Source of the DNA: Chiloscyllium plagiosum
Taxonomy: Eukaryota
NCBI RefSeq assembly: GCF_004010195.1
Contig: NC_057717.1
Span: forward strand, 73,797,145-73,851,863
Direction of reading: 5' to 3'
Length of the DNA stretch: 54,719 nucleotides
Shown here: positions 12,780 to 26,672 of the stretch, piece after piece
Position numbering within the stretch: the first letter of the stretch is position 1
How the letters are laid out: each line of letters opens with the position of its first letter
Notes under the pieces: model-generated
What the model saw: only the letters and a program-made list of their open reading frames with translations
Told to the model about the DNA's origin: nothing
Databases searched by the model: none
Position numbers and translations under genes: made by a program

Positions 12780-14400
12780 ACAAGAACAAAGAGAGGGACA
12801 GCATAGGAACAGGCCAGCCGACCCTGCAAGACTGTGTTGATCATCGTGTCATAACTAAATCAAGAATCAAACCTTCTATCCTTATTCAGTTCAAATCCCC
12901 TTTATTTCGTGCCTATTCATGTAACTATCCAAACGGTTCTTCAATGTCACCAGTGTGCCTGCTTCCACCAAATCTTCTGGCAATGATTTCCAAGCTGCTA
13001 CCATTATCTGCATGAAAAATTTCCCTTGCCCGTCTCCTTTAACCTCTCCCCCTTTCAGCTTGAACCAGTGCACCCTTGTAATTGAAATTTCAAACAAGGG
13101 ATAAAGCCTCTGACTATCCACCCTATCTATGCCTTTGTCGATATGGGTCTCTATCGGGTCTCCATCTTTCCAGTGAAAACAATCCTAGTCTTTTTAACCT
13201 TTCCTCACACCCAATGTCCTCGAAACCAGGCAACATCTTAGTGAACATGCTCTGCACTACCTCCAAAGCTTCCATATCCTTCTGGTAGAGTGGCAAGCAA
13301 AATTACACCCAGTACTCCAAATGTGGCCTAACAAGGGGTTTGCATAGTTGCGTCATGGTTTACAAACTCTTGTAATCCATGCCCTGGCCGATGAGGGCAA
13401 ACATGCTTCCTGTGTTACCACTTTTAGGGAACTGCGAACCTGCATGCCTAGGTTCGTCTCAATATTAATGTTCCTAAGGTTTCTGCCATTTACAGTAAAG
13501 TTCACGCTTACGTTTGATCCTCCAAAATGCATCACCTTGCATTTGTCTGGATTAACCTTCATGTGCCATTGTTGTGCCCTAGTTGCCAGTCTATCTATGG
13601 CCTGTTTCATCCGTTCACAATCATCGATACTATCAGCAACTCCACCAAACTTTGTTTTGTCTTCAGATTTAGCTGTCAGATCACCCATATTTTCCCGCAG
13701 ATTATTTATACATATGCTACAAATTAGGATCGATCCCTGTGCACACCAGTAATCCCCAATGTCCATTCTGAAAAACAGCCTTCCACCACTACCCTCTGTC
13801 TTCTGTGACCAAGCCAGATTTGCACCAACCTAGCCAGCCCCAAACTGAATCCCATGTAATTTTAGTTTTTCTTTTATCAATCTGCCATGTGGGACTTCAT
13901 CAAATACCTTATTAAAGTCCATATAAATTACTTCCACAGCCCTTCCCTCAACAATTAACTTTGCCACCTCTTCAAAAAGTTTATCAGATTGTTGAGACAT
14001 GACCTTCCCTGTACAAATCCATACTGCATCAGACAAGCTAATCAATTTATTTTGTCCATAAGTATCATCAACAAGAGCTTCCCCAACAGAGTCGTCAGTC
14101 TCACAGGCCTGTAATTTTACAAATTAGCCTTGCTTCTTTTCGTAAAAAAAGGGAACAACATTGAGTATTCTGCAGTTCTCTGGAATCTTGCCTGTGATCA
14201 AAGAGGATGTGAAGATATCTGCTGATTTGCCCCGGCTACTTCTTCATCTGCCTCTCGTTGAATCCTGGGATAGATTGGCACTGGTCTTGGAGAATAGTCT
14301 ACCTTATATGCAATTTAGGATACCAAAAACTTCCATTTTCATTAAATTGACAGTTTCTAGAGTACTCACATACTCTACCGTGATCTCAAAATCAGTAATG
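12780..14400 (-). mobile_element. CR1 LINE ORF2 fragment
   Basis: YMDFNKVFDEVPHGRL, EDKTKFGG..WHMKVNPDKCKVMHFG and TRVHWFKLKGG in minus-strand ORFs. Confidence 0.88.
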
Positions 14401-16479
14401 AAGTGAGAAACAGTTTCACCAGATGGCGAGTTTATTATCAGTGAACAACGTAATACCCACTGGTCAATAATGAATCATCTTTCCAAACAAAGTGTCAAAT
14501 GGAAACGATTCGTCGTTGCTGATGATTGTTACTGTGTCTTTCTATTTGTTATTTTTTCAAACATTTTGGCACCTCTAATAAATCCAACAATTGAATAGCT
14601 TAATGTAAAAGAAAGCAAAATTATTGGAAATGTTTTTCAATTTTCTTTAATTCAATCTAACTTTGAAGATTCCCAATGTGTCTTTAAACTTTGCAATCTA
14701 TAAGGTTTGCTGGCATCAGAACAGTCTAAATTTATTCCCTAGCTGACTACAAATCAAATATTTTCGACCTTTGATAAAGGTGATTGAAAGCTAAAAGTGC
14801 CATTAAAATCGTCTTTTCAGATTAAAGAATTACGAGCTATGAAAGAATGTTATCTCAATTTCAAATAATATGGGTTGATGAGAAATATAAATTATATTGC
14901 TCCTAAGTGCTAGTTAGCTTCATCCTTCTAACGGGTAGCAATTGTACTGTTGGAAAATTCTGCTAAATGAGCTCAGACGGTATTTCCAGTATATGCTATA
15001 GATACGATATAGCAACCACAATGGTAATTGGAGCAGTGAGCATTTAAAATATTAGACTCCATTTGCTTTGTTTTCGATCATAGGAAAGGTCAGAAAGTCT
15101 GGCAGCATCTGTAAAGAGAGCAATAGAGTTAATATTTCGAGTCCCATTTCACTCTTCGTCAGAAATGAAAGTGGTTCGAATTATTCTGCATTGATGCTGT
15201 GGACAGACAGGGAGGATGAGTGAATGAATTAAATCAGCAGTTTGCCTCTGGAAAAAGACAAAGTTTTTGACACCTGTGGTAAAGGATGAAATACATGCAA
15301 GATATATAGAAATGAGACAACAATTGTAAATGTTTCATAGACTCATCAAGCATGGCAACAAACCTTTTGGCCCAACTCGTGCATGCCGACCAGGTTTCCC
15401 AATCTGAGCTTGTCCCATTTGACTGCATTTGGCCATTATCCCTCTCTGCCTTTCCCAGTCCACTAATTCTCGAAATATCTTTTAAATGTGACTTGTGGCT
15501 GTATCTGCATCTATAACATCCTTTGTCAGGTCATTATGAATTCAAACGTTGCCCTTCACTTCTCTTCCAATATTTCAACTTTCACGTTAAACATATATCC
15601 TCTAGTTTTGATCTCCCATACCCTAGTGGAAAAAAGAAGTTTTTCTTTATTCTTATCTGTGTTTCTCACTTTGGACATGGCTAGATTACATTTTCATTGA
15701 TATGTTCATTCCTCAATTTTCCAGAAATGCAAATGTTACATGCAATTAAAGAGATCATCCTGGTGAATGTTACCCAAGACCAACCATCTATGATAACAGG
15801 CAGTGTATCACGCTGAGTCATCCTGATTGATGCTGACTTCAATCGACATATCTATCTCTGTCTTTGCAATGGATGCGAGGTGAATGATGTAACAGATGAA
15901 TGTGGTTGAGTTCATGACAGTATTCTATTCTGGTCCTGTACTGGCTTCACAATTTACATACTTGATTATATCTATCACATGGCAGAGAGAGAAAATAACC
16001 TTCAACGATTGAAACGGTCAGCTTATGCAAATCTTCGCCTGTTCAACTGTTGGTCACTATTTTTGAGTTCTATCTCCACATGTCGTTTTCCCCTCACTTC
16101 CCCCACCTTTTCGTAGCTGCCATCACATCTGAAGAACACCTGTACCCGAAGAATTAATTCTATGTTAAGTCTACAGATGGTGCCAGACCTCAATGTTCTC
16201 TAGCAATTTCTGTTTTTGTTTCTATACTCCAGCATTCCCTGTTCTTTTGGTTTTGTATTTGAACGAATACATGGAATGTTAACGGGACTTTCTTTTAAAG
16301 AAACTTGTGGTAGAGCCCACTCGGAACATGCAATTCCGGATTTAATAACGTATGATGAAGCAAACGTGATTAGAGAACTTAATATAGTACCGTTTGTCCA
16401 GCCATTTGAGAGGGAGGAGCTTGACTCAGAGTTAATGACATTACAATTTAAGAAAGATACCTCCGAAAACATAATGGCA

Positions 16480-18870
16480 GGAGTTTATGGTGTTTCTTCG
16501 GAAGGCACATAGAAATTCATCTCAAGGGACATGAAATATACAAACGGGATTATGAGACAGCCATGGTTGGCAAGCGAATTCAGGGACAGCATAAATGCAA
16601 AAGAGAAAACGTACATTATGGTGAAAATTGAAAGAAAACCAAAATAATGTGAAAAACATTAAAAACAAGCAGAGGAAAACTAAAAAGAGTTTGGACTTGA
16701 GATTAGGATTTAATAGGTGGATTTGAGAGATTGAAGATCGGTGAGATGAAATATGAGCGTAAGCTAGCTAGCTATACCAAGTAATGTTGCACGTTTCGTT
16801 CATACATCTAAAATCTAATCGAGAGGGAAGAGTTGTCATTGGAGCACTGGAAAATGAAACTGGAGAAAGGGTACTGGCAAAAAAAAGAAACGACAGTAGA
16901 ACTGAAGAGGTATTTTGATTAGTATTTCACAGTGGAAGATAGCATCAGAATACCAGAACATCAAGAGTGTCAGGGAGCAGAGGCAAATATAGTTGACACC
17001 ACAAAAGAAAAGGTGCGAGAGAAGCTGAAATGTCTGAAGTTGAAGAATCACCTGGACTGGATGAACTATAACTCAGGATTCTGAACAAAATAGCTGAGGA
17101 GATGGTGGAGACTTGGGCTGTGATCTTTGAGTAACAACTGGAGTCAGGGACAATCCCAGAGGACTGGGAACTGGCTGATGTAAGACCCCATATAGGAATG
17201 GAGGGAGGCAAAAGACTGTAAACTAAAGGCTGGTTAGCCTGACCTCTGTGGTTGACACCACAAAACAAAAGGTGCAAGAGAAGCTGAAATGTCTGAAGTT
17301 GAAGAATCACCTGGACTGGATGAACTATAACTCAGGATTCCGAACAAAATAGCTGAGGAGATGGTGGAGACATGGGCTGTGATCTTTGAGCAACAACTGG
17401 AGTCAGGGACAATCCCAGAGGACTGGGAACTGGCTGATGTAAGACCCCATATCGGAATGGAGGGAGGCAAAAGACTGTAAACTAAAGGCTGGTTAGCCTG
17501 ACCTCTGTGGTTGGTCAGATATCAGTCTTTATAATTAAGGGAGAGAGTTCAGAGTATTTGGAAGTGCCTTACAAACTAAGGCGGAAACATCACGACTTCG
17601 TCATGGGTGGTTATGCCTGATAAAATCAGTCAGAGGTTTTGAGAAGCAAACTATCGACACAAATAAAGAAGAGCCGGGAAACATGATGGATTTGGATTTC
17701 TAGAAGTCCTTTTTACCAAATGCGGGAGGCTTTAACATAACAGAGCCATCATGTTAGGGAAAGGTATGAGCATGGTAAAAAGATTGGTTGACTGGCAGAG
17801 AGTGGAGATAAATGTGTTTTTTTTTCAGAATTGCAACCAGTGATTAGTGAAGCCCTGCAGAGTCAGTCTTGTATCTAAACATATTCACATTAGACTTTAA
17901 CGATCTGGACGAAAGAACGCAGTGTCCTGTTATTACGTTTGCAGGCAAAACCAATATAGTAAGGGACATGCAGTGTTGAGGAACAGAGGAAGCTGCAGCC
18001 GGATTTGGGAAGGTTCTGGGAACGTCCAAAGAATTGGCATATGCATTACAATGTGTGAAATTGTTCTTCTATGCTCTTTGATAGTTCGTAAGAAGAGAAA
18101 TGTGGACTATTTTCAAAATGGGGAGAAACTTGGGAAATCTTAAGAACAAACGGACGTGAGAATGCGAGTTCAGTATTATCTTAAGTTTAACATACAGGTC
18201 CATTTGACAGCCGAGGAGGCATATGTAATATTAACAATTATTTCATGAAGGCTGGACTACAAGAGTAGGGATTTTCTGCTGAGGATATATAAGGAGCTGG
18301 TCAAAATACATTTTAGAATGTTGTGAACAGCTTTGTACAACATGTCGAAAGAAACATTTGCTGGTGTTCGAGGGAGTGCAGAAAATAATTACAAGAATGA
18401 TCCTGGAGATGAAGTGCATATCATGCAATTGGGGTCTGAGGATTATCGTTCTGTCCTCAGTGTAATGTAGAAGAATGGTGGGGGAGATCTCATTTAACTT
18501 ACAGAAACTACGAGGCCACTAGAAAATGAACGCGGAGAAGATCTTTCCCATCGTTGCAGAGAGGGGAACTGGAGGACACATCATTTATCGTGAAGGGACG
18601 ACCATTTAGAGTAGAGATAATGAGATGTATCTTCAGCCAGAGGAAGTTCATCTGAGGAACTCATTTTCGGTAGAATGCCGTGGAGGTTAGGTTTTTGAGT
18701 GCATTGAAGACAGAGATAGATCGATTCTTGACTAGTAACAGGATCAAAGGTAATAGGGAAAAAGCAGGAACATTTTCTTGAGAAACATATCAACCATGAT
18801 CGACAGGTGGAGCAAATTTGTTGGGCTGAATGGTTTAATTCTGCTCCTGCATCTTGTGATCCTGTGGTCA
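16480..18870 (+). mobile_element. Old CR1 ORF2 fragment containing a tandem duplication
   Basis: SPGLDEL.LRIL....PEDWELADV motif; ends with a CR1 3' UTR (ggctgaatggtttaattctgctcct). Confidence 0.82.
16992..17513 (+). repeat. Tandem duplication, 259 bp period, 2 copies
   Basis: GTTG-acaccacaaaa... starts at 16992 and 17251; a third GTTG at 17510-13 closes the repeat; about 6 substitutions between the copies. Confidence 0.95.
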
Positions 18871-19109
18871 TGTGAACAGATCTTTTGATAACAAAACTAT
18901 AAATTCTGCAGCAATATTAAGACCTTCGGCGCAGTCATGTTCCCTGCCCATTATAGTTTATTTCCTTCAGTATAACGAGTGTTTTATGGTGTTTGAATTC
19001 CACCTTCAAGTGACTCCTGAAAATTCCAATCCTTTTACTTTGATTGCACTGATTCTAAGTTCTAGAATCTGATTTTGCGTTTTTATCTTGCGAACTAAGA
19101 TAATTTTTA

Positions 19110-19720
19110 ATGTCTTAATACCGGGCTATGGTCCAATACATGCCTTCCGTGTCCAAGTCAGAATCTCAGGGACCAGATCTGGTGCAAAAACGTCTGGTCT
19201 GATTGCCGTAAGAAAGATGTTGTTAAACCTGAAAGTGTGCAGAAAGGACTTACAAGGATGCTGCAAGATTTGCAGAGTTTGAGTTATAGGGCCAGACTGA
19301 AGAGGCTTGACTGCTACCCGTGGAGCGAAGGAGGTTGAGGGGTGACCTTATAGTAGCTTTTAAATTCATGAGGGGCATACATAGGTTAAGTACCAAGGTC
19401 TTGTTTCCAGGATTGGGGAGTCCAAAACCAGAGGAGAACGTTTTAAAGGGAAAAGGGAAAGACATACAGGGAACTCAGGAGGTACATTTCCTCACAGAGG
19501 ATGGTGCATGTATGGAATAACTTGCTAGAGGAAGTGGTGGAAACTGGTACAATTGCAACGTTTAAATGTTATCTGGATGGTACATTAATAGGATGAGTTT
19601 GGAAGGATATGGGAGAAAGTCTGGCAAATCGGACAAGAATAATATGGGATATCTGTTCAGCTTGGACGGGTTGGATTGAAGGGTCTTTTTCCATGTTTAC
19701 GTCTCTACAACCCTAAGACC
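19110..19720 (+). mobile_element. CR1 3' fragment
   Basis: ERRRLRGDLIVAFKFMRG motif and CR1 3' UTR. Confidence 0.85.
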
Positions 19721-20848
19721 CAAAAATTAGCAGAGGCTATTAATTATAGTGGAATGTGTAGATGGAGCACAGAGTGACAATGAAAGTTCGGGAATCAAAC
19801 TTATGATTGGTAATAAATCCATGATGGAAAAAAACATGTTATTAGGGGCCACGTGCAAGTGAAATTAGATTAATTGTGCTGCAAGTGCCGGATGTCATCA
19901 CAGAGTCTGTCCGGGAGACAAAGAAGCTGGAAGGAGATATGCTTTCTCCAGTTTTTGTATTTGGTCATCAGTCATTGAAATATGTCTCTGTAACACTTAA
20001 AAGCTGTTTTGTCTCAAACTAATCTCGCTAGTAATCTGCACATGCCGAGTCCGTAAATATCCAATGACCTCAAAAGCAAACGCAAATGTTAGTTTCCTCC
20101 CAGCAATTCGGCTGGCGTAAACTGTCCTGTGCATGTTTTGACATCCAGAATAACAAAACATTCTATTGATACGTTGTTAAATGCAAAAAAAAAAGACAAC
20201 ATAATGAATATCAAAGTATGGTGCAAAGAAAGGATAGGTACAAGGGTAGACGTATGGTATAATAGTTAGGAGGATTGTCAAAGATATCACAGGTGGGGTT
20301 GAATGCGTGCATACAGGGTATATCGTGCAGCGAATTTGTGGCAGGATATTAAGAAACTAATTTAGTTTTGCCTGTGAAAGTAGGACAGTTGACCTCACAA
20401 CTGAATATCACGATCACTAACATGCAAATAATTGAGAACTTTGGTGAAAAATTGATCCCGCAGAGCTATTGAAATGAATGAAGAGAAGACATTTCCTTCC
20501 AACCGGATCTTAAACTTTATAAAGTAAAAAAATACAACAAGCCCCATACAAGAGACAAAGATTAAATTGAATTAGATGAGAATTGGAGGGGTCGATGGAG
20601 AATCTCATGCAGCGAAGCCTGTTCTTAAGTAGATCAACATTGCTGTGCAAAAACGGTGACAAAATCTGGTAATACAATGAACAAGAAAGTATTGTGCATA
20701 GAATAAGTAAGGATTGGCATTCAAGTTCATTTTCTAACTGAGAGAGAGTATGGGTAGATTTATTCTTTAATGGACTGATTATGCACTGAAAGCACGAAAG
20801 ACACATTTACAATTGAAATATAAGGAAGATTTTAATAGTGACTGAATG

Positions 20849-20916
<68 letters not shown>
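20849..20916 (+). repeat. (GATA)17 microsatellite
   Basis: Perfect tetranucleotide array. Confidence 0.97.
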
Positions 20917-20918
<2 letters not shown>

Positions 20919-21195
20919 GGCATGGCATTCCAATCAGAACTACATCAATACACATATCAGTTTAGATCATATCTACCGACCTTTGAAAAAGAGAACGGGA
21001 AATGACATCACCCATCTTACGGAAATAAGACTGATAAAGAGAGAGGTGGAATATGCCACCAGAACTTCACCGGAGACTCTAACTGATGCTGTTAGCTAGT
21101 ATGTTGACAAAACATCTGAAAAAAATCTTTCAGCTCTGCGAGCTAACTTACATACTTATCATCAATAGGAGATGCAAATCTTCTCAAAAATCCCA
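20915..21195 (+). mobile_element. Penelope-like 3' fragment
   Basis: EAWHSNQNYINTHISLDHIY, homologous to the element at 9310-9785, followed by pLTR-like sequence. Confidence 0.7.
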
Positions 21196-22354
21196 AATAG
21201 ATGGCTTAGTCGAAGTTCTATAAAATTCATACACTTGCTCCAGTTTCATCACTGTGACGAAAATAGGTTTAATACAATGCAAAGTCCAAAGGGCATGTTT
21301 TTTTCGGAAATTTGTTAAGTGTGTAGTTATATTAGATTATGTTGTTTTAATGGTTGAAACACTTCTGTTCCAAATAGTCAGTAGTTGTTTATCGTTGACA
21401 TTAGAATCTTTAGCACGAATGTCTGTAAATAACGTGACTGTAGCTAACTGCTCGGTTAGCTTTAGAACCTTGCTGTGGCTGTGTGCAAAATAAGTTGCCT
21501 TGCAGACAGGCTAGTTTTATTTGGCTCATAGCTGGTTAGGAGCATGGAATGGCTAGATAGCATTTATTCGAAACTAAGGAACATTGTGAGTGAGACATGT
21601 GAGTTGACGGTTTAAGTTACAAACGACCGTATGATATCATTGCTATCAAGGATAAAGGTGTGAGGGTAGTGCAGGACTGGTTACTCAATATTCTGGGCAC
21701 TGAGGTCTTTAGGTGAGATGGCTGTGGGAGATGAGGACGTGTGAAGAAGATAAGGTATTGTCATGCTCTTGATCAAGGAATCATTTCCTGAAGAATGGAA
21801 GTTTGTTATGTTACAAGGTTATTCAGATGCACTCACATGGACATAACTTAATAATACGAAAAGAAGAACAAACTTGGAGGCATAGATCGAATGTGAAACA
21901 ATTATCTACAGGAATAACAGAGGATTACAAATTCCCCACTATTATGCAAATTCCATGGTCAACTTAGAGGAAGAATACGTTTTAAAATGGTCCTAGTATA
22001 AATATTTTTAAAGGCAGCACGGAGAAAGTCCTACAAGAGACAGAGTGGTGTTGGATGCATTTTAAGGGAAGGAAGCAGTGACAGCGACCACACCGCAATC
22101 AGACTTCAAATAGTCATAGATAAGGACATAAACCATCGGGAAAGTAAATGTTTATGCATTTAGGAACACGGGTTTTAATATGATATCGTGGGATCTTGTT
22201 AAGTAGATTAACCGTGAGAATCACGTGAAGTTGAACTTTTCGACCAATAAGTTAGAGTACCGTGCATGTGAAGGGATGTGCAGGATTCAATACGGGATAA
22301 AAAGCTTATTGTTAGTCCTGAAGGCTCAAAGTAACCAATAACCTAGAAGTAAAT

Positions 22355-24330
22355 AGAACATAGAACGTATGACATAGAACAATACATCCAGAACAGGCCC
22401 TTCGGCCCTCGATGTTGCACTGACCAGTGAACTATTCTCAGCTCGTCTCCCTACACTATCCCAAATTCTGAGGATTGTTTAAATCTCCCTAATGTGGCTG
22501 AGTTGACTACATTAGCAGGTAGGGCATTCCACGCCCTTACCACTCTCTGACTAAAGAACCTGCCTCTAACATCTGTCTTAAAACTATCACCCCTCAATTT
22601 GTAGTTATGCCCCCTCGTACACGCTGACGTCACCATCCTAGGAAAAAGACTTTCACTGTCTAACCTATCTAATCCTCTGATCATCTTGTACGTCTCTATC
22701 CAATCCCCTCTTAGCCTTCTTCTTTCCAATGAGAGCAAGTTCAAGTCTCTCAGCCTTTCCTCATAAGACCTTCCTTCCAGACCATGCAACATCCTGGTAA
22801 ATCTCCTCTGCACCTCTTCCAATGTTTCCACATTCTTTCCAAAGTATGGCGACCAGAACTGTTCACAATATTCCAAGTGTGGCCGCACCAGTGTATTGTA
22901 TTGTTGTAGCAGGATATTGCAGCTCCGGAACTCAATCCCTCCACGAATGAAACGCACCATATGCCTTCTTAACAGAACTATCCACCTGGGTGGCAACTTT
23001 CAGGGATTTATGTACATGGACTCCAAGATCCCTCTGCACCTCCACATTACCAAGCATCTTTCCATTGAGCTAATACTCTGCATTCCTGTTATTCTTTCCA
23101 AAGTGCATCCTCTCACATTTAGCTACATTGAACTCCATTTGCCACCTCTCCACCCAGTTCTGCAGTTTATCCAAGTCCCCCTGCAACATGTAAAATTCTT
23201 CCACACTGTCCACCACTCCACTAACTTTAGTGTCTTCTGCAAATTTACTAATCTATCCACCCATGCCCGTGTCTAAGTCATTTATAAAAATGACAAATAG
23301 CAGTGGTCCCAAATAGCAGTGACACACCAGGATCTGTATAACGTGCAGCAATTTCCTGAGAAAAGTTCTTAGAAGAACAAAGATGTGGAATGAAAAAAAT
23401 ATAGAACATAGAACATTACAGCACAGTGCAAGCCCTCCAGCCTTCGATGTTGCCCCGACCAGTGGAAGCAATCTGATGCCCTTCTATATAACACTATTCC
23501 ATTTTTATTCATATGTTTATACAATGACATGAACATGCCCTTAAATTTGGCGAGCCTAAAATGTTGGAGGCAGGATTTTCCACGCCCCTACTACTCTCTG
23601 AGTAAAGAACCTAGTTCTGGCATTTTTCGTTGATCTATCACCCCTCCATTTAATGCTATGTCTCCTCGTGCTAGCCATCACCATCCAGGGAAAACGGTTC
23701 CCACTGTTCACTCTATTAAACCCTCTGTTTATCTTCTTTGTCTCAATTAAGTTACCCCTCAAACTTCTCCTCGCTAATGAAGACAACGTCAAGTCTGTCA
23801 GTCTTTACGCATAAGACATACTCTCCATACCAGGCAACATCTTAGTAAATATCCTCTGAACCCTTTTCCAAAACTTCCATATACCTCCTGTAATGCAGTG
23901 ATCAGAAATATATACAATAATCCAAGTGCGGCCATACCAAGATTTGTACAGCTGCAACATATCCTCGTGACTCTGAAACTCACTGCCACTAAGATGCCAT
24001 CTGTCTTCTTAACAACACTATCAACCGGGGTGGCAACTTTCAGGAATCCGAGATCTCCCTGCTCATCTGCACGACTAAGAATCTTACCATTAAGGCTGTA
24101 CTCTTTGTCCCTCTTGTTCCTTCCTAAGTGAATCACCTCACATTGTTCCGGATTAAACTCCATTTGCCAATTCTCAGCCCAGTTGTGCAGCTTATCTATG
24201 CCCCTCTGTAACCTCAAACATCATTCAGTACGTTCCACAGCTCCACTGAACTGAGTGTCAACCGCAAATTTACTAACCCATCGCTCTACATCCTCATCCA
24301 CACAATTTATAAAAATGACAAACACCAGTC
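22355..24330 (-). mobile_element. Two CR1 3' fragments in tandem (about 22355-23310 and 23400-24330)
   Basis: LVRPHLEYCEQFWSPY..QRRFTRML..RRLRGD; WAENWQMEFNPEQCEVIHLG; (atagaac)n tails at their left ends. Confidence 0.9.
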
Positions 24331-25899
24331 ACATTTTCAGCTCTGATCTCCAGCATGTGCAGTCCTCACTTTCTCCCTGATATTGGTAAATTTCCTACCG
24401 TGAAGGACATTTGCAAGCTGGGTGTTTCCTGACAACTGACAAATGGTTTCAGTGTCAAGATTTCAAATTCTGCCATCTACCATGACAGGATTTGAAAGAT
24501 GGAAAATTATCTGAGTGTCTGATCTTATTGTTGAGCAATGATGCCAATGTGCCATCACCTCTTCCCAATTCCTCAGATTATCCTTATACATTGCACCTAA
24601 ACATTAGCCCATCTGCACTTCACATACATTAACTCCTTCCAGCATCGCTCCAATATTTCACTTTTCATATCCTCACACTCACATTGTAAATGAGTTCATA
24701 TGTACTCATATCAGTAAAGTTGGTTTTGTAAGATGAGGAATGAGGCTGAGATCCACATTCACATTTCGAACTAGAATGGGTGAAGCAGTTAAAAAAGAAA
24801 GCAATTGTGAAGAACCAATCGAAATTATGCAATCGATAAAGTTGGAAAGGCTGGTGCTGGTGCAGTTATTGTGAATAATGGGTAGGCGCTGATAAATGGA
24901 GTTTCAAAATCAGCCTCACCAATGGTTGAAGTGGTTTGGCGCTGAAAATGGTAAGGATTGAAAAAAATATCGAGTGAGGAATCATGTGTAGATAAATGGC
25001 AATGTTTCAAAGAAAGACGGGAGATTACTGAGATGCGATTGGGAGAAATAAATTGGTAGATTACTTTTCAACGAATGCAACGGTTTGTGCAGTCTATACA
25101 TTAATGACATGGTATGTAATTGTGAAGGGAAATGGTCATGCAGGTTTACATCGAATAGGGTATTGATGAAGATTTAAATTGTCAGTTGACTGAATTACAG
25201 TGCTTGATTCATGTGGAAGGATGGGGGGGAAGCACAAAAGGTAATTTTCAGACTCATGCTAAAACAATATGTGCACGAATGAATTAATTTTGACTATTGC
25301 CCATTTTTGATCACGACATAATATGTTATAATTTGTTTACTTTTTTAAAAGAATACCAAATTATTACACAGTTATTTATCTTGTTAACATTATCTTTCCC
25401 TATATGAAAGGTGGAAAATTTCAGATCACACCTACGTCATTCATGAAACATTAACTCCTTTTTGTTTAAATTTACTGGTGTAATCATCTTCATCCTGGTT
25501 TCGAAAACATAGTCCCAGCGTAACATTTTACGATAACTGAAAGGTCAAATACGCTTGACCCGGTTTACTGTCCCACTGAAATAATACTTTGATATGTGCT
25601 GCACCATGTCCACTGCAACCGTCTTTTACACTGTGTTCAAAATTCTGGAGGGACGCATTAAATTATGATATTTTACCTGCTAGGTTAATCTTCTATCTGA
25701 TGAGCGACAGTTGACACCAGATTAGGGAAAAAAGATCCAAAATGGAAAGAGGCAGTCAGTGTTCTGAGTGAAGGATTATCGAAATACCGATGCTGCTTTT
25801 TGACAAAACGGTATCATTTTCTTTGCACATGCTCTCGTCTGTAAATGGCTATATTGTGGACCAATACAAATTGTTTAGTATCAGGCCACTTTTCTTTTG

Positions 25900-26560
25900 C
25901 CTATATCAAACTGCTATTTTTATTCTCAACCTATACCACAAACCACGTTTCTCACATATTAAGTAATCAACTGACCTTTGCAGAAACATTTGTATGTAGA
26001 TGTTTATTGTGTAAACAGGAAACCCATAGTGATCCTTTGCATTGCTGTACTGTTTCCATTGAGCTATTTGCAAACGCAAGACACAGATTTGACGTTTCTA
26101 CATTTCATGAAAGCTGAATATCAGGGGGGAAAATTCAGACAGTGTGAAGATCACAGCAAGAACGCCGTGTGAAAACAATGAATATCTTATGCATCGGTAC
26201 ACTTTTCTGTCTTGTGTCAGGTTAGACTTTCATACTTTTATTCCAGATAATTTTCATGGTAAAGGCAACAGGAAGTTCCATCTTGTTGAACGTAAAGCCA
26301 CTTTGACTATAATATTAGTACCATGTGGAACCAGTATTATTGGCTATGTGTAAAATTAACCAAGGGTCAACATCTAATGTATATTATTGGGATTAAGAAA
26401 ACAAATATACTGATGACTCTACGCAGTACTCTGGACTAATACACGTCTCTCTACCAAATGATGAATATAGATGATATGTTTATTAAGCAATTGTTTTTGC
26501 AAACAAAAAAAAGTCCATTGAGCAAATTTGGCTGCCAGTTTTCTTCTATTAAAATAATAA
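25900..26560 (+). promoter_or_regulatory. Candidate promoter/enhancer region upstream of the VJ exon
   Basis: Apparently TE-free island carrying ACCACA (RUNX-like, 25935-40), AGATAA (GATA, 26245-50) and ACAGGAAGT (ETS, 26268-76). These motifs are short and could be chance matches. Confidence 0.3.
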
Positions 26561-26672
26561 ATGCATTTGAATAGTTATCTCTTCCTTCCTGCTTTCACTC
26601 CATTCAGATTTTCCTTGATTAGTTCCATTTTTGCTAAGCCTGCATTTCTTGTGAAATATTCTGTTTTAATAG

